Positions 52,356 through 64,000 of a DNA stretch of 64,000 nucleotides are shown here, one piece after another (within the stretch, counting starts at the first letter, position 1; every line of letters starts with the position of its first letter). The DNA lies in contig JAFMPO010000001.1 of NCBI GenBank assembly GCA_017654855.1, forward strand, positions 434,001 to 498,000. The letters run 5' to 3'. The notes below the pieces were generated by a model. The model was not told the origin of the DNA and searched no databases. It worked only from the letters and a program-made list of their open reading frames with translations. Source of the DNA: Podospora anserina. Its lineage: Eukaryota. Made by a program: the position numbers and the translations under genes.

Positions 52356-52434
52356 GTGTGTATGTGTGTGTGTATGTGTGTGTGTGTATGTGTGTGTGTG
52401 TATGTGTGTGTGTGTGTGTATGTGTGTGTGTGTG
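52356..52434. repeat. Imperfect (TG)n microsatellite
   Basis: About 80 nt of TG repeats interrupted by TA units. Confidence 0.95.
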
Positions 52435-54175
52435 GGTGGGTGCTTCTTTTGACAATACCAATTAGATGGGGTTATCTAGCGAGTAGCGAAAGCAAACATA
52501 CAAACAATCGATCGGTTCTCTTTCTCTGGCAGGTGACAAACATCAGGTAGAACGAATATTGCTTTTTGGACATTCAATTCAACCACCCTCCTAGGTCTGC
52601 AAATAGTCACCGTCATAACAAGCTATCAGGCTGTGCTGGAGGCTCAATGAGCAGGAACAAGGAAAATCTTGAACGACATTCCATGACGTGCATGACCTGA
52701 CATGAGGCGCGTAGGTGTTTAACTGCGGTGGAACACCTGTTTGGAAACCCATCACATAGGTACCTTACCTTGACTCTTCTCATCGGGCCGGGCCGGGGGA
52801 GGGTAAAACCCAGAAGAACGATATCCAATGAAGTTCGGCACACAGAACGAATGATGGAACTTTGTGTTTCTGATGCGATGCTGATGAGTCACTGCAAAGG
52901 GGTTGGAGTTACATTTTGAACTTGGTTACAGTTGTTAAGAATGGAAGTGAATGGTTGGGGGGACGTGGGGTGAGATGGGGAGATGAGTTGATTAATCGGT
53001 TGTACAGATGTGAGATGCAGGTGCTGGGGTCTCACGACAGGATCTTGTAGGGTTATGCAGAGTTTAGTGTCTTGTACAAGTAGAAATAGGAAGTGATAGA
53101 GAAGAATGGAGGTGAGTGTCTACTTACCTCTGAAAATGTTGAGGGTACGAGCAGTTTGTCTTTTCAAGCTCTAAGCTCCTGCCTCAAGCTCTAAGTAAGG
53201 AAACTGCACAAGTTCTTCGTCCAGTTTTCTTGTCCGTTGTTCGACAGAGCCCACGCCCTCTCAAATTTCGGGTTGAAAACTGCCTGGCAGGGCAGCCAAT
53301 GATTTGAAGAGATTATTTTTGACTCTTTTAGCCCTATAACAGTTTGTGAGATACGATTCTAGAAGTTTTGGGGTTTACTGGCAAGTTTTGTGCGGTGGTG
53401 TTGGAAGCCGTGGCATGTCAACACGAACTGGAAAAGGGGCGTTGCCAAGGTAACTTGCTCAAGTCCGGCATCGCTCCACTTTCATGATATTGCCATCAAA
53501 CCGCCGAACATAGACAATTTGTGCATTGGAAAAATGAGGAATTCATGTGGTAGAAGAAGCCTTCAGTTTTTTCCATCCTTACAATTGTCATCAGTGTATC
53601 TGATGGAAGCTTCATCGTGTGTTAGTGGCGCCGCCCCATGCGTCATCTTGAACTACCTTATTTTTAACAACTGGGGTATGGCATGGGAACACTATCGTCG
53701 AGAGCTGTGATTGCTTTAACAGGATTGCTATTTATTGGAATATCACTGCGACATGGCGAGTATCGCGGCACTGTTCGGCAGAAATACTCACCCCAGGCCT
53801 CAACTGGTGCGTTGACCGGATTTTGCGTCTCCATACTCCCAACGCCTCTTCTGTGTGAGGCACCAATTGTCCGTTTCGAAACCTTAAGCAAGCTCCCACC
53901 GTTTGGTATAATATCTCTGGTTGGGACAAAAACCTTTAATCCTGAGCTTCCGTTGTCGCATCCTGCCTTGTGGAACGGACCTCTTGCATCGAATCCACGA
54001 CATCAAAGCCCTCTCCTCCCACACCTTCAATAAGTCACACGGAATTGGCGCGTGTACTCAAATAGACAACAATTACCACCGAGAATTCTTTGACCGTTAG
54101 CTGCGTCCGCAGCCACGCAGCCTTATCGGAGCTTCCGCAGCTCCACCAACACTAAAGGCAGCTGCAACACCCAAC

Positions 54176-54613
54176 ATGTGCGAAATCCAAGAACGCCACG
54201 ACAAGCGATGTGGCCATCTCGTCGAGATGTCCTATGAGTCCTGTAAGTTTCTTCGCAAAAAACATTGCCTCCGTATCGCTCATCACTAATCTCCGTCTTC
54301 TACCCTCACAGGCGAAGATGCATGCGGCAACTGGGAGGTCTTCAACTGGCACACACACCTCGTTCGCTGCGGGATGCCCCGGTGCGTGGAGCTCCGCAGG
54401 CAAATGAGGAGGTTCCAGAGAACACAGCGACGGATGGCGATCAATCAGTTTTCTTCCTCGCCCAGGGCTCAAGAGTTGCGATCTGATGACACGAAGATGG
54501 AGGATAAGGAGGAGCCCCAAGTCGAGCATAAAGAAAAAAGTATGCCAACGCCAAAATCCGCGACTGCGACCGAGAACCAGGAGAAGAGGAGGGACTTTTG
54601 GGGTGTTATATAA
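54176..54613 (+). CDS. Small Cys/His-rich hypothetical protein (122 aa), 2 exons
   Basis: ATG at 54176, intron 54243-54311 (GTAAGT...ACTAAT...CAG), exons 67+302 nt in frame: MCEIQERHDKRCGHLVEMSYESCEDACGNWEVFNWHTHLVRCGMPRC... Confidence 0.65.
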
Positions 54614-54963
54614 GAACCGTTTCTCTTGGTTTTCTTGACGTTTTTTGTGTTTTGTTGTTCTCTTCTGTGTGGAAACAGATGCTTATTAGTTCTTAGTTCA
54701 CGCAGATGTACGAGCATGGAACTTCGAGAAGATGAACATCGACTAGTACAACATCAGTTTGTAGCATGAAATGGCTTGGAAACGAGGGTTTTGTCATGAA
54801 CACTGACGTGTAGTTGATTGAACTGGTGTAGGTGAATAGTTACAGATGGGCGTGCCCGAGAGTCTTCAGTTAGTGGCATAATGATATTGAGCATTGCCTT
54901 TCTTTTTGGGCACATAACCCTCAACTACAGCCTCCTTTTGATGTCACGATCAGTGGGTATCAC

Positions 54964-56328
54964 CTACTTCCTCCCAAGCTTCTTCTCCTTCCAGTCCTTC
55001 ACCCAGCCCTCTGCCTTCCCCTTGGGCACCACGAAAATCTTGAGTAGATCATCCACAATCTCCACGTTGCCACTGCTCAACACTTTGAGCAGTGATACTT
55101 TCTTGCCCACCTTTGCCAACCCTCCACTGACTGTCTCAACGTAGCACTCGACATTGTTCGCCGTGTATTTGTTTTCTCTGTCCCATGGCAGAGGGAACAC
55201 ATACCCAAAATGCTGCTCCAAGCTCTCTGTCTCGTTAAACGCCTTGATGAAATCGCTCTCATAGTCGGCAGGATACAGCAGCATCGTCGGCACCGAAAGG
55301 GAACTCTGGGGATCCAGCGGGTCGGGAACAAGCTGGACATGCGCGTCCTCCATGTCAGGCGGCTTCCCGGTCGACCTCGTCTTGATGTTTCTAGCCTCCA
55401 GTGCTGCTTTCAACAGCACCTCCTTTCTCCTGGCATCAGCCGCCCTTTTCTCCTCGGCCTTCTTGTGCGCCGTCACTGTCTCGTTCTTGGCGATGATCTC
55501 CTTGGCCAGCTGCTGCAGCGCCGCGTTCGAAGAGTCAATCTCTAACCCCCTCGCGCAAGCATCATCCGACTCGACGATCTTGTTCACCGCCAACAGCGCC
55601 TTTGCAGACCGGTAAAAGGCCTTGACGTTCTTCGGATTCAGCCTCAGCGCAGCCGCGCAGTCCAACGTGCAAGACCGGTAGTTCTTCAGCTCCAAATGAC
55701 AAGCCGCCCGGTTGACGTACAACTGCTCCAACAGCGTCCTCTCCTTTTGCGTTTCTTCGGGGTCATCCTCCACCTCTTCATACTCCTCTTTTGTCGCTGT
55801 CTTCTCATCCTCCTTGACAACCCCCGACCCATCATTCCCCGCCAACCTCTTCTTCTCCCTCTCCTCAAAAGCCTTCTGCTCCTCCTCGCTCCTCATCGCC
55901 ACCTCCTGCTGCTTCTGAACCTTTTTCTTGATCCCCTTACTCCGTCTAAACTCCTCCGCCTGCAAGATCTGGACTCCCTTCCCGTAAAACTCCTTCGCAT
56001 CAGCCCACTTCTTAGCCTTGAAGCACTCATTCCCCTGCTCCTTGAAGTTGAGGCCGTTTTCCAAAGGCGTGCCGTCATAGGCAAGAGACTGCAAAGCGGC
56101 AAGCTCCTCGTTCTCTTCAGCGTCGTCCAGCTCGGTCATGAACAGCGGGTGTTTGTTCAAGTCGGCGATCGTCTCCTCGAGCGTCATGCCTGTGTTGACC
56201 TTGTAACCGGCTGGCAGGCCGGGGAACATGGTGGAGAGGTCGGCTCCTGCCGGGGGAGGGGCAGGGCCGATTGGGACATTGTTGTCATCCAGCTTGAGGT
56301 CTCTGGTGTCGTTGGCGAGATTATCCAT
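54964..56328 (-). CDS. CNS1: Hsp70/Hsp90 co-chaperone Cns1/TTC4-like TPR protein
   Basis: LNKHPLFMTELD, LAALQSLAYDG, NFKEQGNECFK, LYVNRAACHLELKNYRSC and a C-terminal domain with SDFIKAFNE. Confidence 0.92.
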   Translation of the reverse strand: MDNLANDTRDLKLDDNNVPIGPAPPPAGADLSTMFPGLPAGYKVNTGMTLEETIADLNKHPLFMTELDDAEENEELAALQSLAYDGTPLENGLNFKEQGNECFKAKKWADAKEFYGKGVQILQAEEFRRSKGIKKKVQKQQEVAMRSEEEQKAFEEREKKRLAGNDGSGVVKEDEKTATKEEYEEVEDDPEETQKERTLLEQLYVNRAACHLELKNYRSCTLDCAAALRLNPKNVKAFYRSAKALLAVNKIVESDDACARGLEIDSSNAALQQLAKEIIAKNETVTAHKKAEEKRAADARRKEVLLKAALEARNIKTRSTGKPPDMEDAHVQLVPDPLDPQSSLSVPTMLLYPADYESDFIKAFNETESLEQHFGYVFPLPWDRENKYTANNVECYVETVSGGLAKVGKKVSLLKVLSSGNVEIVDDLLKIFVVPKGKAEGWVKDWKEKKLGRK

Positions 56329-57013
56329 TTGGGGCGGTTTTTCCTTTTTTGGATTTTTTTTGGAGATGACTAAGTGAGAGACTTGAAACTGAGCTATTTG
56401 CGACCCAGTGAAAAAAACAGCCAGTCCCGCTAAAACGGGTATGTTGGGTTGGCCGTCGACAGATAACCGTAGACAAAAGTCGTAAGCTATACAGAGAAAT
56501 GTACAAATAAGCGAGCCGTTTGTAGAGAAATTTTTGAGGGACGTATTTCTTCTCTTGCCCAACGCGAGATCGGTTTGTTTCTTCCCGCTCTGGTGGAGTG
56601 GCAATAGTGAGGTTGGAAAAATTAATAACCTTAGGGTTAGGGTTCGTCTCGAGCGGGGAAGCTCCTTGAACCATCGTCAACCCTGACACAACCCTGACCA
56701 AGGCACAAGCAAGCAGAGTGTCAAGTTCGAGAACAGAATAACAGAAATCTACATTCGTGACCCATATCTACAGTTCCATCTATGGTATAATCCCAATGCT
56801 CACCATATTATGCCAGTCGTCGGATATCATAACCGTTGTGAGCGCAGCGCTGTGACGAACAGAAAACAAGAAAGAACCCAAACGCCTCGCCTCGCTTCTA
56901 TAAATCCCGACCCTTTTCTATCCCACCGCCCATCCATATCACTATCCCCCTGAAAAATATCCCCCATTATAACCACCCTCAATTACTTTAGCATCAAAAG
57001 CTTCGCCCACCAC

Positions 57014-58643
57014 CTAGGGTTCAAACCGTTCCTCCTCCTCAGTTTTCCGGGCCGGATACCTCTTTACAGAGAAGCACTGCACCGCACCAAAAACAGCCAC
57101 AAGGGCACTCCCCCACCAGGCAAGCGCTGTGCAATCCACCCTCTTCCCCATGGCATAAAGATACCCAGCAACGGGTGGTGCGATCATGCGGCAGGCGGCA
57201 CCAGCACTTGCCGCAAGACCGTTGACCTTGCCCAGCACTGACGGGCTGGGTGTGGCCTCCTTGATTAAGATAAGAAGTAAGGGGTACAGAATAATCGACA
57301 AGAAGTTCCGGACTCCGAGGCAGAAGTAAACGGCTGGGTAGAGGAGCTGATCGGGGACGTAAAGAAGGCCGGGAACAATCATGTATGCGATCGGGTGGAG
57401 AACCGTCACAATGATGAAGAGCCTATGCACACCTATCCGCTCGGCCAGTGGCGGAAAGATGACGGCTTGAACGACCAACGCGATGATGCCTTGAACTGCA
57501 AGAATCATGCCGACAGCCTGGAGAGAGAGGCCCAGGCCGCCGGGGGAGTAGAGCGGGTTGACCGTGCCAAACAAGGCGTGAATAGGAACTCGGTCGTCCT
57601 CGAAGAAGATGGGCATAAGGTGATCGTAGGTCATGGAATGGTAGGTGAAGATAGAGAGGGAGACGACGACAGCCATAATTCTCTTGGAGAATATATTGGT
57701 GTTCTGCTTCTCGATGTCTTTTGGCTCCTTGATATCTCGATCCCGCATGGTGCCATAGTTTTCGTCTCGCATGTCAACAGCCGGGCGCTTGATGGCGTCT
57801 GACGTCTCGATCAGGGGGGTATTCTCGGAGAGGAACGTGTGGTCGGGGAGGGAGATGCGCGGCTGCATGTCGGGATGTGTCTCTTCCAGCAAGAAGTAGC
57901 CCATCGTGATGCTGACAAGAAGAAGCGCAGCACAAATAAGATTCGGTAGGAGGTAAGGGAAGCGCTGGAAGAGAGAGCCCGTGGGAAATAGGTGGGGGTA
58001 CGACTCGTGGGGGTCTGCAAACAAACCCCCTATCATGGGTCCAATGATCGTACCGACACTCCAAACAAACGGCACTGTTACTAGTTAGCCCAGCAAAATT
58101 CGAAACAAGAAAGCTTGCGAAATAACGTACTGATAGAGTATGCCTTCGGCTCGTGCTCAGGCTTTGTCACCAGCTCGCCAACCATGGTCTGGATGACGGC
58201 AATATTGCCGTTCAAAAGCCCACCGATGACTCGCCCAGCCAAGGCGATCCAAATGTTGTAAGCAAAGCCCACCATGATCATGCTAAACATGGTTCCCACG
58301 CATCCCAGTAACAACACGGGCTTTCGCCCAATGCGGTCCGAGAGCCCTCCCCAATACATACCCATCAAGGCCTCCGCAAGAGCGAAGGACGAGATGAGGA
58401 GGCCAGCATAGAATGAAGCATCTTCTTCATTTCCAATCTGATACCGTTTGATCAAGGCCCAAGCATAAGGGAAAATCGAGGTGAGCGCAATTGGCTCGGC
58501 AAGGCGGACAATTGCTACAGAAAAAGGTTAGATATTCGAAAGCCCCATCTCAAAACGTGGCGGAAAATGAACCCACCGAGAATGAACAGCTGAAAAGCAG
58601 GGAACTTCTCCGGGTCGCGGCGACTCGGTGTCTTCAGTGTCAT
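57014..58643 (-). CDS. Major facilitator superfamily transporter, 3 exons
   Basis: RLAEPIALTSIFPY, MFS motif A WGGLSDRIGRKPVLL, GLLNGN, many TM helices and LGKVNGLA. Confidence 0.92.
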
Positions 58644-60868
58644 CGTGTGCTGGTGAAGCTTGCAATTTCACAAAGCCAAGGAGACAAGAAAAGAGAGGTT
58701 GTCAAGCCGAGAGATTAAGAATGATAGTTGCGTGCAAGGACCCCTGTAAACTAGGGTAAACTTCGTGTCGGAGAACAAGAAGGTAGAAGAGAGACTACAG
58801 AGAGAGAAAAAGTGGCAAACCTCAACAGCGAGCATGAGAGTGGTAATATATCAGTGGGAGCAACTCTAGCCCACTCACTGTCTTCTGAAAGCTGTTGACA
58901 TGGCAAGAAACCAAGAGCGGGAAAAAATTATGGACCCTTTGGCGCATTGATACGTCTGGGACCAGGCGTCGAACATTCCATGATGGCTGTAGTGTTCCAG
59001 ACACACGGTCCGGCTACTATCAGTTGATAGCTAATATCCTACCTTGCCGCGTCTTCCCTGGGGGGTGAATATCGAAGATCACCTTTCTGCAAGCGGCAGT
59101 GACAGGGCCAAGACCGTAGAAAAACGAACGCGGAAGCTCTTCCGGTGCATGTTGCGTGCTTCACCCAGCCATCGGAGAAAATGAGCAAGGTAAAGACACG
59201 GAACGAGCCAAAAGAGGTTGCGCAGGAAAATATCGATTGAGAATGGTCGGTAGCTCGGACCGTGGGTGAAGAAGGCAAACTGAGCAAGCTTGTGAACCCT
59301 GTGCTGATCTGCTGGGATGGACAAAGGTGAGCCGAAAGCTGTCTCCACAACCGTTGGTTGGCCCTAGCGTCGAACATGCTGGTGCTGTTGAGCTCTGGCC
59401 AATCAGAAGCTTTCAGCTACTGTGGGGAACCCTTCCACTGCAGCACTGCAGCGGCGGCAGGCCACCGCAAGGAAACTCGCTCCGATATCAAAGTCTTTGT
59501 GCGCTTGAATCCTGCAAAAATCTCGATTTCTGTGAATCATGGAAATCCTCGCATTGGTTGGCAGCCAGCAGCATCACACACACCATGGCTTCTTGGGCTT
59601 GCTCTCTTGTCAGAAATCAGTTCGCTGCAGTGATAAACCGATGGGCATCCATTACCTAGGTGCTCGTCGAGAGAGACACGGCCCGTCGTCCGTTTCCTTA
59701 TCAGTTGGTGATCTGATAACGTTCTTATCTCGGTCTATCTCGCTCGGCCACGCACGACAATCCAAATTCTCTCACAACAGCCTGATTACTACATTGCATA
59801 CAGCCAGTCAGTCCATGTTACGAATACTCTTCCTTTGGGTCATCTCGATGATGATCTATTATCGGCCGCAACTCGGCAGCTTCGACGGCGCCAAGGTTGA
59901 CAGCGGGAAGCGGTGACTCGGTCAAATGTTTGTTTGGCCTCCTTAACGCCGCTTAGAAGAATGCGACAACGCCATCCGGCCTTTTTTTCGTCCCAATCTT
60001 GTGGGTGTCATCCACCACCCGTTGAAGCAACCTAAGCGTGCCCCGACACCGGGCTACTGTTTCGGTGGCCGTGCTGTCAGGACAGTTGTCGGTGAGCAAC
60101 TATGAACCCCTGAGGATTGGCACAAGCTACACAAGCAAGCGGCTTCCGACTGCAGTGCTGTGACGCTGCAAGACAACCCTTCGTATGACGATTTCTCGCC
60201 CAGGCGCAATGGCGAGCCAGAGCCTTATCGGCCTGCATCTCCTCGCAAGCCGGATGAACCCTAGCTCTCTGCCTGCTAGCCCGTCACCTCTCCTGCAGGT
60301 CACATCGACTCGCATTGTCTCCTAAGCCTTTGCATATGCCATATGCCGGCTTGCATCCACTGGGCTCAACTCGGCCAGATCCTTCGACTCACTCATCGTG
60401 AACATTATGAGGACGTACAGACTGTCCTACTTGGTACGCAGGAAGTCACGAACTAACAACTGGACATATGGAAGAGACGTCACACCAATGTCCCCCAGAT
60501 AAGATACAGACAACACCGCAACACCTTGCTTCTGAACTTGCAGAAATGGCAAGCAAGAGCTTTCATTTCCGAGTAGATACTGATCTATCATGACGGAAAC
60601 CTGCATCAAGCTTGCTTCGCTTGAGCTACATGCCGAGATAAGGAGGGCCGCTGTAACCTCTGATCGTAGTGTACCCATCGGTGCCCAAGCACCGGACTCA
60701 CGAAGCTACCGGCCTCGTCTGCTCCTTGTACCCGAGCAGCACAAGCTGAGACTGACTGCCGGGTATGGCCAGGGCAAGTCTAGCTAGGTTTCATCCCGTG
60801 TGTCAACATAGGAGCCCGTTATAAGCCTCCCGTTCTCCCATGCTCCTACCTGGCAGGCTAGTAGAGCA

Positions 60869-62468
60869 TCAGGATTCTCGGTACTTCCAAGGCATTGAGA
60901 TGTCGGCAGCCTCTGGCTCAGGTGGAAGGAGCCCGAGATGCTCTAAGCCATGAAAGACTCGACTGATGACGTCGTCGGAAAAAACTTCGTCAGCGTAGGC
61001 CGGAACGCGGAAAAATGTCGCCGGAGGTCTTCTCCATTTACAGCACTTTTCTCCCTCTTCAAAGTCACTGATCGCAGCAGAAGCATGCAAACCTTCGTCG
61101 GCTATCCTTTGGTCGAGTTCGGTGCGTCTAATACAGGCTTTCTGAAGCGTCGACGGCCGAACAAGACCCTTTGCGGACCGCGTTTGCCAGCTGCGGCTGT
61201 TAAAAAGAGCGGCGATGCTAATGACATAACAGTACTTAGTATCTCCTCTCTTGACCATGTCATCGGATATGAAACTCACTAGTCCACGCGTATGGAGTAA
61301 TGAGCCCTGTACCGCGGCCTCTTCGTATGATAGTCCCAGTTCAAGCACTGGCACCATGCGATACCGTCTTGAAATGTTGGGTTGAAATGCCACCCAGGAG
61401 TCCAGTTGACTAACACCGGCGTCCAACCTCCAAAAATTGACGCGATCAAACTGTCGCCCAGTTCCATTTCTAGATCCCCCCCGTAGAACGGCTCGTATAA
61501 ACGTCTGTTCATAGCCCGGAAGTCCTGCCAGTAAATGACATGGGCAAGTCTGCTTCTTCGTCAGCACGTATTCACTGGATCTGGGCTCTCCCTCCGGCCC
61601 GACTCACTCATGAAGCATGGTAACAGCAGCCATAAACGCCGTCCTGCAGTATTCCTCCCGACCTCGTCCCCCCATCACCCTCAGGTCATACAACCTCCTC
61701 GCGAACGGCCTCATGAGAAGCACCGTCAGAGTCCTCCCCTTTTCCCCTCTCAACTTGGCTAGCTTGTCATACTCAATGATCAAGTCAGGCAAGTCGATCT
61801 TGTGCTTTTCCCCAGGAGTGTGAGGATACCGGGGTGTATATCCATACGCCCGTTTGGTGTGTACAATGCTGTCATCTAAACTCCATCTAACCCGGCTGGT
61901 GAGCTCCTCGCTCCGAAGCTTCTCGGCAGCAAGCTGACACCAGTACTGGCGCATTGCAGGTGTGGCCCAACGGGCTTTGTGATGGCGGACAATGACCAAG
62001 GGGGTTTTGTCTTGGTCCTTTTGCCGGTCGTTTTCGACAAAGGGGCGCAGATAGCCGGCGTAGGAAGGGGAGAATATATCCTCTATGAAGAAGTCTGAGA
62101 ACCAGGGCAAGGCCTCACGCTCGAGGATGCGGCTGGCGAGTAGCAGGGGTTGGTGGAGTTCCGGGATGAGGACCTCATCGGAGGGGCCATCGTCGCTGGG
62201 TGTTGATGGTGCTGGGATCCAGTTGCTGAGGATGGGATGGACTTCGCCAGTGAGGTCACACGGGGAGGTGATGTTTGTTCCTTTGACGAGTCAGCACTTT
62301 TAAGCTCGAGGGCAACGAGAGGCAACGCAAATTCTCACGAATGGCACCGCACAGTTCCAACTCGGTTTCGTCCCAGTCTTTGCCTTCGCCGTGGTTAGCT
62401 GGCCCCTCGTCGGAGCCATAATCTTCTTGAATGGCCTCATCAGGCGGTTGGTAGTATATATGTGACAT
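60869..62468 (-). CDS. Hypothetical HExxH (zincin-like) protein, 4 exons, 473 aa
   Basis: Introns 62338-62281, 61607-61550 and 61279-61218 all have GTGAG donors, CTRA branch motifs and AG acceptors. The joined exons (1422 nt) are in frame and give VTMLHELAHVIY...EPFYGGDLEMELG. Confidence 0.75.
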
Positions 62469-62803
62469 TGCAGTGGTGATTGCTAGACATCTTGGTGATC
62501 GGCAGGGGGCCTGTCAGCTGTAGATTTGATGTTTTACAAGACGGGCGGAAGTCATCAAGGTTCTTTGTTGTCTCGGATAGCCCAAATCCAAGTGGAATGT
62601 GAGGTGCGGTCAAACAATGCCGTGCGCATCTCTAACCGTTGGCTCACCAAGCGAGCAATGGTGGCGTTGATCCCTCCTTGTTCTGAAAACGGAATCTCCG
62701 TCTCTAGTAATTTCTTGATTATCTTCACCACACCAAGAATGCCATTGTCTAGGTAGGTATTACTCGATATTTTTGACTTTTCTCTCCAAACATCCACCAC
62801 GAC

Positions 62804-63783
62804 CTAATGCTCGTACTCCATCTCCTTGCCCTTCATCAGCGCCCAAAACTCCTCCACAATCTTCTTCTGCTCCTCCTCCCCACCTTGCCTAACAGCAATA
62901 TACTTCCTGTCATCCACCGCCGGATCCCACACCCCCGGGTTCCCGCCCGCCATCCTACCGCCCGCTTCCTCAAGAATACACCACCCAGCCGCCACATCCC
63001 AAGCATAACACCCCCCTTCCCAGTAAACATCCATCACCCCCGCCGCCGTATAGCAAATGTTCAGCGCCGCGCTCCCCATACTCCTCACCGCACCAGCCAT
63101 CGCACCGCCCGTCGCCTTGGAAGCCGTCAGCTCCTTGTACACCTCCAGCTTCAAGTCAAAGTTATGCCCGTCCCTCTGACTCCCGAACTCAATCCCCACC
63201 AACGCCGTCTCCAAACTCCCCAGCTTCCTCCCAGGCCTCAACGGCAATTGCTGCGGCTTCCCCTGCCCCTGACCAGGTGCCAAAGAAAAGTTGTCCACCA
63301 TGAACGCACCCTGTCCCTTGATCGCAGAGAACAAGACATCAGAGAAGGGGTTGTACACCACGCCCACCTGGGGCTTCCTGCCCAGGGTGAACCCCAGCGA
63401 GATGCAAGCAAGCGGGAAACCGTGGATGAAGTTTTGGGTCCCGTCGATCGGGTCACAGATGAAGGTGGGCGCGTCGGTGACCTTGGTTACCCCCTTGACA
63501 TAGGACTCCTCGCCGACGAAGGAGAAGGTGGGGTATTCCTTTGTGAGGATCGAGTTGACGAGGTCCTCGATGCGCTTGTCTGTTTCTGTGACTACGTCGA
63601 CGGCTGAGACGACGGGGTCAGTAAACGGTGAATAGTGCTGTAAGTTGACAGAGGCTGAATACCGTTCATCTTCTCGTCTGTCTCGAGTTCCTTGCCGGTG
63701 GCATTGCGCATGATCTCGCCTGCCTGGCGGGCGATGGCAATGAGGGAGTCATGGATGGCAACGAGGTTGATGCTGTCTGCCAT
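62804..63783 (-). CDS. Inositol monophosphatase family protein, 2 exons
   Basis: VDVVTETD, FVGEES, TFICDPIDGTQNFIHG, RSMGSAALN and YAWDVAAG signature motifs. Confidence 0.93.
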
Positions 63784-64000
63784 TTTGAAGGTGTTTGCAC
63801 TTGGACTCACTAAAGAGAACGAGCTTTGTATAGGTTGAGTAAGTGCCCCTATTTGTGTGCTGAGACCCAAGTGACCCCTGGAGTTGTAATGTGAGGTGAG
63901 GTTGCGGGGGTGGGGAAGCTTCCCCAACATCAATGTCAGGGGCTCCACTCGAGGTTTGGCCGCTCAAGTCGATAAAAAGGCGGAATGGTCACTCGTCAAT

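Noticed and set aside
52192-52550. ORFs with HT or CV dipeptide repeats
   Set aside because: They are translations of the (TG)n microsatellite.
59700-60800. Possible small gene between the MFS and HExxH genes
   Set aside because: Only a short ATG-less open stretch, with no supportable gene model.
60869-62468. Apparent frameshifted pseudogene from fragmented ORFs
   Set aside because: Three canonical introns fully explain the breaks and the gene is intact.

Overview
This is eukaryotic, intron-containing DNA from a filamentous ascomycete; the short GT-AG introns with CTRAC branch points and the gene content suggest Sordariomycetes, probably Sordariales (inference). It is a gene-dense core region with about 22 protein-coding genes. 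In order these are ALG10, a conserved hypothetical, an NmrA-like protein, FOL1 (HPPK-DHPS), nitronate monooxygenase, SUR7/PalI-like, reticulon-like, GYP5-like Rab-GAP, a Q-rich SS18/SNH-like protein, a GDSL/SGNH esterase, HIS5, GH76, two head-to-head GPI-protein paralogs, a fungal MscL-like channel, TOP2, an Xbp1-like APSES factor, a small Cys-rich protein, CNS1, an MFS transporter, an HExxH protein and inositol monophosphatase. I found no rRNA, tRNA, CRISPR array or recognisable transposon. The strongest observation is an apparent nested intron (a donor-disrupted [D5,6] stwintron) followed by a skippable 33-nt exon in the reticulon gene. Others are a frameshift-riddled secreted repeat-peptide (Kex2-type) precursor relic, a 4-exon HExxH gene whose motif appears only after splicing, and an MscL homolog with a C-terminal zinc-ribbon-like tail. 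All gene models were built by eye and no database searches were run.
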